Made by a program: the position numbers and the translations under genes. Positions 49,141 to 60,741 of a stretch of 64,000 nt of DNA are shown here, in pieces. The notes under the pieces are model-generated. The model saw only the letters and a program-made list of their open reading frames with translations, was not told the origin of the DNA and ran no database searches. Origin of the DNA: Lepidodermella squamata (Eukaryota; Animalia; Gastrotricha). The DNA is taken from contig JBLDXI010000019.1 of NCBI GenBank assembly GCA_047495785.1, positions 434,001 to 498,000 of the forward strand. Direction: 5' to 3'. The number at the start of each line of letters is the position of its first letter. Position 1 is the stretch's first letter.

Positions 49141-50005
49141 ATGCCAGACTATGAATACTGCTTTAAAGTCATTCTGATCGGCGACACGGGTGTCGGAAAA
49201 ACTAGCCTTCTCCACCGATTTGCCGACGACTTCTACACTGAAGAATTCATTGCGACAATTGGTAAAAATTAATTTCTTCCAATAATTTACCCCAATAATT
49301 CAAGTTTATTTCAAAAGGAGTGGACTTCAAAATTCGAGACCTTCCAGTTGGTAACAAACGGGTGAGAATCCAGTTTTGGGATACCGCCGGGCAGGAGAGA
49401 TTCCGATCCATTACTACATGGTAATATTTCTAAAATTGTCTAAAATTGGTTAAAATTGGTTAGTTATCCCAGTTACTTCCGGAGCGCGAATGGTGTTGTC
49501 ATTGTCTACGACGTCACAAATGCAAACTCGTTTCACAACATCGCAGAATGGATGAAATACGTCAACGATGTGAGAAATTTAGCCAAATTAAATAAAAACC
49601 TCATAATATTCGTCATTTTTCAGTTTTGCTCTGATACGGTCGTCAAATTTATCATCGGTAACAAAACTGACTGCACGAAAGGCGATCGGCAAGTTTCATT
49701 CGAACAAGGAAAAAACGTGAGTAAAATTACCAATTTTTGGAATTTTCTGTAATTTTCGATTTATTTTATAGCTTGCTGCTCAATACGGTGCTTATTTCGC
49801 CGAAACATCCGCTCAGGCCGATATCAATGTGCGAAAAACGTTTCTCGACATGGCCCAGTCGTTGACAGATCAAACCGATGTATCGGACCCTGATAAAAAT
49901 TTCGCTTCCCAACCATCGGTCGTGATCGACTTCGACTACACCGCACCTAGCAGGAAAAAGAAGACTACCGTGAAAGACTTGATGTCATGCTGTAAAATAC
50001 AGTGA
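49141..50005 (+). CDS. Rab GTPase paralogue C (recent duplicate of B), 5 exons
   Basis: [29 protein letters not shown]; ends SCCKIQ*; upstream 48735-48920 duplicates 46380-46580. Confidence 0.9.
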
Positions 50006-50172
50006 ACATAACATCTAAGATGAATCAATATTTTACGCTTTTTACGATATTCCATTTTTTGCGCTTATTTTTTATCGACGTCATTAAATATTGAGTATAC
50101 TGCTTGGTCACCTATAGTTGCGCATTCATTCATTGATGTTAATATATAAAACAGAATCTTCTGAAAAAGCTG

Positions 50173-51971
50173 ATGGCTGACGATTTTGTGTTCAAAATAA
50201 TTCTCGCAGGTGATGCGGGTGTTGGTAAGACAAGTCTGTTGCAAAGATTTGCCAATGATTCATTCAGCGAACAGTACTTGCCGACAATCGGTAATTCGCA
50301 GGAAATATCCATTAAAATTAAACCATTTTTCATGTCAAAAGGAGTGGATTTTGCTATCCAGCGTGTTACTATCGACGGCGTTTACAGTCAAATTACAGGC
50401 AAGAGTTGAAATAAAAACGAAGGAGCAGCTGGCTTAATTTTATTAAATGAAGATTTGGGACACTGCTGGGCAAGAGCGATTTCAAACGATAACTACATCG
50501 TAAGATTCTCGGTTAATTATAGGAATGAACGTTTTCAATTGGTGTATCCAGTTACTACAGAGGGGCTCATGCCGTAGTTGTTGTTTACGACGTGACTGAG
50601 GAAACCAGTTTCAACAACGTTGCAAAATGGTTTGGGATGGCAGGAGAAGTATATATTAAATTGCTCCCATATTTTGTTATTTTATGGGTCATTTTTATTT
50701 CTTATCACCAGCACGGCACGAATGAATTGTTGAAGTTCATCGTCGCAAGCAAATGTGATTTATCCCGTAAAGTGTCTACCCAACAGGGGCAACAGGTAGG
50801 AATCCACTGAAAAATATTTCCACTAGTAATCTTTTGGCTCACAGGCGGCAGAAAAATTCGGTGTGCCTTACTTCGAAACTTCAGCTAGAGAAAGTCGAAA
50901 TGTTAGCGAAGCTTTTGAGGACATAGCTAAGCGTATTCTCGCTGGAAAGAAATCCGGCGATGCGGTGATTCGCAATCCTCAGGCAAGTAGACCTGAAAAA
51001 ATCAGCAAACAGCCTGCTCGAAATAAAGTTTGTTTTTAAATGATGCCCATTTCAAACTCTGTTTTTATTCGAATTGCTCTTCAAGGTCGACGTGGTGGAT
51101 GAAGATCCCACTCCTGCTGTTGTTGCTGATGACGGGCCTTGTGTTAGGGTCGTTTTTCTAGGAGACAGCGGGGTTGGCAAGACGAGTTTTTGCATGGTTG
51201 CGGAGGGTAGTAGCTGCCCGGAGAAGCATGTTCCAACTAGCTGTATAAGCAAATAATTCATTTTTAACAGCTTTTTTGAAAATTAATACTTTTATTTGCA
51301 GTTTTTGATGTTAGATCGACCGATGTTTCGATAGGCAAAAAACGCTACGTCTGTTCAAAGGTCAACCAGGTCACTTTTTCCATGTGGGATCTAGGATCGG
51401 GACATAACATCCATCTGACAGCGAAGCAGTAATTTTTCCGCAATTTTTCATTTCGAAATTTCGATTTTTCTTGTCAGCTACGTTAATAATACAGACGCTG
51501 TATTTCTGTTCTACGACGTCACCAGCTCTGCCTCATTCGAAAATTTGAAACAATGGTTGAATGAAGTCGAACAGGTTGATTTTTTTTCTCTCTCGAAAAT
51601 CGATGTGCAATTTTGAATTCACAGAACAGTTCGAAAAGCGTCATCAGATATTTGATTGGCAACAAAAATGATTGCGCTGACTCAATGCGAGCTGTCTCAT
51701 TCGATGATGGCAAAAAAGTAGATTTCTTATTGAAATTACTTTTTAAAATGTTAAATTTTGTAATCAAATTTTATTGTTATAGTTTGCCGCCGAAAATGGT
51801 GCAATTTTTCACGAGATTTCAATAAAATCGAATTCGACGAAAGTTTTCGCTGTCATCACCGAGCTTTGCAGCAAATACCTGGAGACTGGAATTCTCAACA
51901 TCCCTAAAACGAAGAAAAACGTGAAAACTGTGTGCTCGTGTGGCCCTTTCCGGCTACAACACATCAGTTGA
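50173..51971 (+). CDS. Putative tandem two-domain Rab GTPase (Rab1-like domain plus divergent Rab-like domain); apparent +1 frameshift in exon 2
   Basis: Domain 1 [22 protein letters not shown]; 58-nt GT-AG intron 51028-51085 joins in frame to domain 2 [24 protein letters not shown]. Confidence 0.65.
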
Positions 51972-52341
51972 TTTTTAGCATCAGTCAATATAATAAATCC
52001 TGAGATTTTGTCGTATATTCAGTGCAAATTTACGTATGCGGTCTCATACGGCCGAAAAAATTGCTCTGACTATTGATTTCCTATTCATCCGTGTGCAGTA
52101 TGCGTCATATTAGGTATTTGTTTTCATGTAGCTAAAATTACTACTTTATAAAGCGGCCGAGCATGATGCGTGTCAAGGCATATCTGCCCTCAGCAAATAA
52201 GAGGCGATAATTCCTGTATATTAGGCTCACGCAACAAAAAACGAAAGTATCAACGCAGAGATAAATTTCGAAAGTTTACACAAGCCAGCCTTTTGTGCCC
52301 CTGGCGAGCATTCTGCAATCAATTTACGGCCTGATATTATT

Positions 52342-53242
52342 ATGACCGACTGCGACTTCACCTTCAAGCTTGTTCTCATCGGCGATTCTGGAGTCGGAAA
52401 GTCCAGCCTAGTCCGCAGATTTGCCGACAAAGATTTTTCAGAAGAATTTATTACAACTATAGGTAATAAAAAATATTAATTTCTTTGTTATCGTTTTAAT
52501 CATCTTAATTCAGGAGTTGAATTCAAAATTGTCTACGTCACAGTTGGGGAAAGAAGAGTCAGAATACAAGTAAAAACTCCAATTCACTTTTCAATTTGAT
52601 CACTTGAGATTTTTCGGACAGTTTTGGGACACCGCGGGCCAAGAAAAATTTCGATCTCTCACAAATTCGTGAGTATACATATTAAAGCAGATTATTCCAG
52701 CTTAATTTACTCATAATTTATAGGTATTTTCGAGGTTCAAATGCGGTGATTATTGTTTACGATGTCCGCAACCGAGCTAGTTTCGACAATGTTCCAGGTT
52801 GGATCGAATCCGCTCATGGTGTAAGGCCAATTTTCCATCTGTTTAATTCGTCTTATTCCTGATCTCTTCAGATTTGCTCTGAGGATATTCCGAAATTAAT
52901 ACTAGGGAACAAATGCGATTGTTCCGGATCCGAGCGAGTCGTCTCGATAGAAGAAGGCCAAGCAGTAATTTATATTATTTTTTAATTTGGACAACAAATT
53001 ATTCTCATCCGATCTAGTTCGCGGCTCAATGTGGTGCGATGTTCAGCGAAGTATCGGCCCAAGATGGAGCAAAAGTCTCCGAGTCATTGATGGACCTCGC
53101 CAAGCTTCTCACTGAAAAAGCGACCAAAATATCCTCGTTGAAAATATCGCCTCTGGCTCTGAGTGGTGTCGTTTTAGAAGCAGCGGCCGAGCCAAATGAA
53201 GTCACATCAAAGTTCTCATTCCCGTGCTGCAGAGTGCAGTGA
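52342..53242 (+). CDS. Rab GTPase paralogue E, 6 exons
   Basis: [34 protein letters not shown]; ends PCCRVQ*. Confidence 0.9.
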
Positions 53243-53665
53243 TTTAGGATTTAGGCCAATTTCTTTTTTAAATCACGAAATTGATGGATTAAAACCTCAG
53301 AAATAAACTGGACTTCTACTAAATGAAATTACCAAGTTGAGACTGGAATTATCAATATCCCAAAAACAGCAGAGAAAAACGTTCAAACTTTGTGCACGTG
53401 TGGCCAATGTGGGGCTGCAACACTTTTGTTGATTTTTCGCAACAGCTAATGCAATCTTGAATATATTGATGTCCTATATTCATGCCTGTGTTGCGCTGTT
53501 TCATATTAGATATAATATAGCGAATTAATACTATGTAAAGCAGCCAGGCGAGATTATGTTGCGTGACGTGGCAACAAAAGACTAGTGATAAATTCCTGAT
53601 GTTTACACAGGCTAACCTTTCCTCCGTGGTCGCAATTAGCAATCACTTTAGGTGTTAAGATAATT

Positions 53666-54492
53666 ATGAAGGATTACGACTTCTGCTTCAAGCTCATCGT
53701 TATCGGCGATACACGAGTTGGAAAGTCCAGCCTGGTTCGCAGATTTGCAGACAACTCCTTCTCTCAGGAATTTATTAACACAATAGGTAAAATAGTATCA
53801 CCTTTTTTAGCTGTAAGTTATTAAAAATGCGTGATTACAGGAGTTGAATTCAAAATTGTGTATGTCCCAGTTGGCGACAAAAGAATCAGGCTACAAGTAA
53901 ATACGTTCATCGGCTAATATTTTGAAACAATCTCCTCTGAACAGTTTGGGACACAGGTGGCCAAGAACAATTTCGATCTCACACCAATTCGTAAGTTGCA
54001 GCATACTTTATAGGTATATTACATTGTTATAATATGATAATTCAGGTTTTTTCGGGGTTCAAATGCCGTGATAATTGTTTATGATGTCCAAAATCGGGCT
54101 AGTTATGACAACGTTCCAGGTTGGATCGAATCCGCCCATGCAGTAAGATGAAATTTGATCACAGGAAAGTGTCTCATTTCTCACCACAGGTTTGCTCGGA
54201 GGATATTCCAAAATTAATTCTTGCAAACAAATGTGACTGTCCTGTGTCGAAGCGTGTCATTCCTCCCGGCGAGGCACGAGCTGTGAGCAATTCATTTTAC
54301 AATTTAACCTTTATGTTAATTTGAATTTAGTTGTCGGCTCAGTCCGGTGCGACGTTCGGCGAAGTATCAGCCCAAGATGGAACAAAAGTCTCCGAATCTT
54401 TAATGGACCTCGTCAAACTCCTCACCGAAAAAGCGACCGAACCAAATGAAGTCACACCAAACTTTTCATTCACACGCTGCAGAATGCAGTGA
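53666..54492 (+). CDS. Rab GTPase paralogue F (duplicate of E), 6 exons
   Basis: GDTRVGKS, TIGVEF, WDTGGQEQFR, ANKCD; ends TRCRMQ*. Confidence 0.85.
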
Positions 54493-55063
54493 CGTAGGCC
54501 GATTTCCTTATTTCACTTAGGAAATTAGTTGATATTTCATGTAATAAAACCTCAGAAGTAACGTGGATGACTACTGCCAAATGGAACTACATTTTGCCAA
54601 ATGCTGTAAATGATGGCTGTTTAAACACGCTGCCTCTGAGCGTGAGATATGAAGCATATTTCTTCGCACAGCAGTGAACAGCATAATAAGCAAGGCAGCA
54701 GCGAGCCAGAAAAAATTATCATGCAATTCATTAATGAAAGTATAAAACCACGTCATTTTTTGCATAACCTGGGGCGCAGTCTTTACCTTGTATTTTTACG
54801 GCTCATATACGTAGGCGGTTTTTGTCATTTTACTCTGCTTGTTTTTTGTTGCTGTCGCATTATAGCATCACAATTTCACGTGCTATGTATGTATAGTGCA
54901 TAGTGTGGTTTTGTTAAATTCAAGTCTCAACATTGAGCTCATGGTTGCTTCCGCAGCTATTTGAGCTGCTATTGCTATTCCTAACGTTCTGGTATAATTT
55001 TGGCCGTCAAGCCAACTCATTTTTATCAGACAGATTTTTGACAGATTTGGATCCTGTGATACA

Positions 55064-55498
55064 ATGGTTAGTAAAGCAGATGGAGATCTTGCGATTCAGT
55101 TCAATTCACCTCCCCAAAGGACGATAAGCGAGAACTCGGCCAGCAGCAGTATTTCAATCCCAGAATATCGCTACCTCAATGCAACTTGCTGGGATGAAGT
55201 CAGCCGGACAAGCTACAGCGAGGTTTTACATGACGATTATTGTGACGATATTGGCGTAAAACCTTCCCCCTGTGATATCTCATCGCTGACCCATTGGATC
55301 TACGGCCTATCAGCTTGTACCTTAATTCCACTTATTTGCGTTGGCGGAGCCATCAAGATGAGATCTGCAACTCTTATAGAAAGTGATGACACAAAACAGT
55401 ACATACATTCGTGTCTCCTTGCCTTAGCGTTGATCTGCAGTATCATTCTGCTGCTAACTCCTGTTATAATTTGGGTGATTATGGCGAATTTTTCATAG
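55064..55498 (+). CDS. Small protein with two C-terminal hydrophobic segments, unknown function
   Basis: 144-aa ORF with two TM-like stretches and AATAAA just downstream. Confidence 0.55.
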   Translation: MVSKADGDLAIQFNSPPQRTISENSASSSISIPEYRYLNATCWDEVSRTSYSEVLHDDYCDDIGVKPSPCDISSLTHWIYGLSACTLIPLICVGGAIKMRSATLIESDDTKQYIHSCLLALALICSIILLLTPVIIWVIMANFS

Positions 55499-55667
55499 AC
55501 ACTTGAAGATTGAAATAAACAACAGCATGTTGAACACGGAATTCCTATCGATCGGGGAGAGTGACGGAGGGATCAAATTTCTCCGCCTCACGTCCTATTA
55601 ATTGATGTCAATAGGCGAAATTCACCATCAACTTGTTTGACTTTTTCGAGCGAAACAGACTAAACAG

Positions 55668-57059
55668 ATGAGTTTTTTACTCGAAGGTTCCTCGCCTCCA
55701 TCTGATGCCTTATCCTCCAACGATGCCGAGATGATTAGCTGCCAAGTATGTGGAATTCTCACGACAAAGGTGAAACGCCACAAAGCATTCGTATGCGAGG
55801 CTTGCCGAGTAAGTTTCTTCCTTAATTCGATAATTTAATCTTACAGCCTTCTTCAGAGGTTTTTTCTGCGACAGCGCAACAACAAAGGCCAACTTGAGTG
55901 TGATAGGGGTGACTTCGCCTGTTTACTAGATGCTGCAAATGAATCGGCCATCCTATCTCTCACTGGAACCATAATCAGAGGGCTATGTAAAGCATGCCGT
56001 TTGAATAAATGCTTCGCCCTTAACATGCGATCCCCGTTTAAATTGAACGGGAAGAGGAGAAGAAAACCTGTGGAGCATCAACTGGGCTCTGCAGGACAAA
56101 ATTCTCCCAACTCTTCAATGGTCCCGTCGCCCATTACGGATGGGATGGCAAGCATCCGTGGAGAGGTGACTGATTGCATCACTAAACAATCGCTTGTTCT
56201 TGCGGATAAAATAGGCCACACTTGGATTCGGGAGCACAAATTCCTGGAACAGCCGACTATGCAAATGTTTTATGAAACCGTTAAAAACGACTGGAAAACT
56301 AGCGTCAACGGCGTTGTCGAATTTGTGAGGTCATTGCCCGGTGAGTAATATCGCATTTTCATCATTTTCGCTCTTGACAAATCAGGACATGAAGGTTATC
56401 AGGACTTGCAGCTGCAGGACAGATGTCGCTTGTTCATGTCAGCTTTCCCGAGGATAAACATTGCTGATTCATGCTCGAGAAGTCAACCCCTATATCTTTG
56501 CATGAACACGGAAAATTTCATGTCCAACTTAAAATTCATGCCTGAATTCGAGGTGAGCTAATTTTTTAGATTGGCCAATAATTTTTCCAGCTTATTTATT
56601 ACAGTACATTCCATATGAAACAACTCATTTGAATGCTATGTTCCGAGAATGGTCACCGACTACTGAGGAATTCAGTTTTATGCTAGCATTCCTATTCATC
56701 AACGACGGTATGAATATTCCTAATTGAGATTAGTTGATGAAACTTCTATTTTTTTGTTAGGATTCGACTTGGTATTTCTGGCTGAACATCTTGATCTTCT
56801 GCCACCGAATTTCCGTGCTTTATACGAGGCATATTACGCCTATCTGTATCGCTCAAGCCACGGCCCGGAGAGAGTTATGGAACGCTTGAATATGATGAAT
56901 AAGGCCATCAAGTTAGTAGCAGAGGCTGCTCAACGACGGAGTTTTGCCTATAAATGTCTCATAGATCGAACACATATGTCCGTCGATTATGACGCTGTTT
57001 TCAGAGAATTGTACCAGAAAGGAACCGATAAAAAGCTAGGAAATATGCATAGTCATTAA
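55668..57059 (+). CDS. Divergent nuclear hormone receptor 1 (C4 DBD + LBD), multi-exon
   Basis: CQVCG...CEACR|RFFLRQ...CKACRLNKC; LBD signature FVRSLPG..DL...DR..LF. Confidence 0.8.
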
Positions 57060-57611
57060 AGATTGCCATGTACAATGTTAACTTGTGTAATGTTAGTTCA
57101 TTTTGAATTTTGGAAGTAAATAAGATTACTGAAAATGGATGTTTGCTGTTTGCGATGAAAGTAAAACTTTGTTAGCGAGGGTCTTATTATAAGAAATTAG
57201 CAATTAGCTCTCTGCCTAGAGTGCTAAGAAGAATCCCTTGTTTTTCTATAGCATTTTGATCTATAAATACATCTGGAATCTCGAAATCTTACATTAAGTG
57301 CGCTTAGATTTCAGTATATTTCCTTCTACCTATACTTAGCAGCAACCGCTTTTAGGTTTGTTCAAAAAGCTGTCCTATATTCATATGCTTTATGAAGTAT
57401 GACAGCGAACTGTCCTAAGTGCCCTGATTTCTTCAAAGTTAGCATACATCGGGTGCAATCTAAGTGAATGACGCTCTGAAGTTTCAAAACTTCTCAAAAA
57501 GCAAAATTATCGATTTTTATGCCCTGTCAGAGAAGGAAGAACCACAGGCGCGCTATCACTTGATTAAAGACTTCATCAAACGAACTCAACAAGAGCTATC
57601 GCCCAACTAGA

Positions 57612-59024
57612 ATGACTGATAGGTTAATGGATTCTACTCCGGCATCTCCGGGTGATTGTGAAATGATCAACTGCCAGGTTTGTGGAGTTTTAACCAGCAA
57701 AGTTAAACGCCATCAAGCTTATGTCTGCGAGGCGTGTCGGGTAAGTTGCAATGTCTGACTCCAACTTGGAATTATTCTTGAATTTTCCTCCAGAGGTTCT
57801 TTCTTCGCCAAAGGCATAACAAGAGCAAACTCGAATGCGATAAAGGAGATTTTTCATGCCTGCTTGACGCTCCGAATCAAAGTGCCGTAATCTCCTATTC
57901 CGGGACAATAATTCGGGGTCTTTGCAAGGCCTGTCGCTTAAGGAAATGTTTCAGCCTTAAAATGCGTTCTCCAATCAAATCAAGCAGCAGTAGTAGTAAA
58001 TCTCAGCCGAAAATGAGAAGCCCTCCAGCAGAATCCCCCGTTATTCAGCATCATCAAGACTCTAATGGCATCGATTCCAGGGGATCCTCTGTGCCAGTTT
58101 CACCTGTGGCTGATGTGATGTCAGCTGTTCGCGGGGACGTTGTGGATTCCATCGCCAAACAATCAATTGTTCTAGCTGACAAAATGGAAAATCTTACTAT
58201 GCGGGGCGTTGATTACACAAATCTACCGTCTATTGCCGCCCTTTATGCTGTTTGCAAAAATGATTGGAAGGCCAACGTCTGCACAGCTGCTGAATTCGTC
58301 CGATTATTGCCAGGTCGGATATATCCGTTCTGACTTTACTGATCACTCTTTATTGAAAAATAGGTTACCGCGAGCTTGAAATTCCTGATAGATGCCGGAT
58401 GTTTGCGGCCGCCTTCCCGAAAATCGGAATAGCTGAGTCGTGCGTGAGGCCCCAACCTCGATACCTCAGCATGGATCAGGCAAATTTCTTGTCTAATCTT
58501 AAATTTATCCCAGAATTTAATGTAAGTCTACTTCCTCTTGGTTAAAATCATTTCAAGGAATCTTCATAGTATATACCCGCCGAAGCCAATTATTTGAACG
58601 CCATGTTCAGAGAATGGTCCCCTAGTCTTGAGGAATTTGGCTTTCTGCTGGCTTTCCTCTTTTTAAACGAAGGTAATTTCACCGTGCTATCATCGTCCGT
58701 TTTAAGTTCTAAGTGACTTTTTTAGATTCTGATTTGTTGGCGAAGCTAGCGAATCTCGATATCCTCTCTCCGCCTGCTCGAGTTTTGTACGAGGCATTTC
58801 TAAGCTTCTTGCATCAATCGTGCCGTGACTCGACGACAGCGAACACGCGTCTCCAGCTAATGGATAAGGCAATCAGACTCGTAACGGAAGCATCTCGACG
58901 CAGAGCACACGCCTACAAGTGCTTGATGGACCGAACTCATGTAACTGTTGACTATGACTTGATGTTTCGCGAGCTCTATCATCAACAACCCCCTGATAAG
59001 AAGTTGAAGGCTTATCACAGTTAG
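57612..59024 (+). CDS. Divergent nuclear hormone receptor 2, multi-exon
   Basis: CQVCG...CEACR|RFFLRQ...CKACRLRKC; FVRLLPGYRELEIPDRCRMF; same intron positions as receptor 1. Confidence 0.8.
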
Positions 59025-59222
59025 TGACGTGAACAAATTCCAATCGATACTTATCTTTTCAAAGAAAAATCTCAAATAAAGCGTCAGATTAATTATTTGT
59101 GATCAGAGTTTCGAGACAAAAATCGATTAGCTGTCAACTCGAAATTCGAAACGGCTAGTTCCAGCCATATACTAAAGCGATGAAATTATTGATTTAGGTT
59201 AGTTTGCGATTGAAATTCTCAA

Positions 59223-60699
59223 ATGGCGAAAGTTGCGAAAGCTCAGCTGATCAACTGCCAAGTAAGTGCAAGACGGCTTACTCTTTAACTTTCAATTTCT
59301 AGCCTCATTTCAGGTATGCGGGGTCACAACCACGAAATCTCGCCGACATCAAGCTTACGTCTGTGAAGCTTGTAGGGTGAGTTTCTTTATCACAAAATGG
59401 AATGCTTTTACCGACCCTTTATCACAGAGGTTTTACCTGCGACAAAGAGCGAATCTAGCAACGTTGGAATGCGATAGAGGTACTAACGATTGTGTCATAG
59501 GAAAGGAGAGCAATGCAGACTTGCCATCGAATGCTGGGCATATCATGAGGCGGATGTGCGCGGCATGTCGATTACGAAAGTGCTTAGCTCTGGGCATGAG
59601 ATCACCCGACAAACCCTCAGAATGGCTACAGCAGGGCCAACTCTCGTTGACCGATTCACTGTCTGATCAAAGTTCTCAGCGCGAGCAGATTTTGACGACA
59701 GTTGTCACTGGATCGCAACGGTTGGACGAATCAATGGCTTTGGTATGGGAATAAAGTGCTATTACATTTGACTTGACCAAATATTTCGTTTAGCTTCCTC
59801 TCCGGAATGTCGAACTAGATAACGTGGACAGTGTGGACGAATTCATGTATCTAACAAAATCCCAATTTCATACCTCAGTGAGTAACGTCTCATCGTTTGT
59901 GCGACAACTGCCCGGTAAGATCACATACCTACTAAATCGTGTAATTATACAAAGATGTTAATCTAATAGGCTACGACGACCTCGAACTGAACGAAAGATG
60001 CGCCATTTTCTCATCTGCTTTCTCGAAGCTTTCGGTAGCTGAGTCGTGTTGCTTTAAATCTGAACCTTACATCATTAACATGAAAGCGTCTAACTTTTAT
60101 AAAATGCTTCATTTCGGTCCTGAATTTTTGGTAAGAACTCTTTTCCCTAGAGTGAGCATTTTTCAAACTATTATCCACTTAGAAGAGTGATACCGAGGTT
60201 TGGAACTTGTGGCAACTTATCAATCACTGGCAGCCAACTTATGAGGAATACAGCTTTTTACTCGCATTTTTGTTCTTTGACCAAACAAGTAATTTCGATC
60301 CGATGATTACCTGAACTTTTATTTTTAAACTCCCTGTTTACAGACAAAAATAACAGGAAAGTCGCTGATGCATGTGAATCATCCATCCGCGGACTGCGGG
60401 AAGTGTACAACTCTTACTTATGGCAGCGATACAACGGGGATGTTTTCGCGCTAACGCAGAGAGCTCAATGGATGGCACGGATCATAGCTCGGATTTCACA
60501 GATCGCGGAATCGAGGGACGAGGCCTATAGACAATTTATCGAAAGAACGTCGCCATTTTTAGACTATGGTAATCTATTCAGACAGGTTTATCTGACGGCG
60601 TGCCAGAACAGAACTGAGAAAGATGTTATGCTCACCTCCCCCGGTTCTAGTTCTGTCAACTCTTATTCGGGGGAAAATTACGTCACAAAAGTGTTATAA
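59223..60699 (+). CDS. Divergent nuclear hormone receptor 3, multi-exon
   Basis: CQ|VCG...CEACR|RFYLRQ...CAACRLRKC; FVRQLPGYDDLELNERCAIF. Confidence 0.8.
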
Positions 60700-60741
60700 T
60701 ATCGATAACAATTTGACGGAAGTAAAACGGGTTTAAGACAG

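Noticed and set aside
51040-51085. Independent ATG for the second Rab domain
   Set aside because: ATGATG at about 51040 is out of frame and would need a 25-nt intron, far below the local intron size
60678-60699. Overlapping coding sequences of NR3 and the GPCR suggested by the ORF track
   Set aside because: A good GT-AG intron (60787-60851) on the minus strand gives a stop at 60742, removing the overlap
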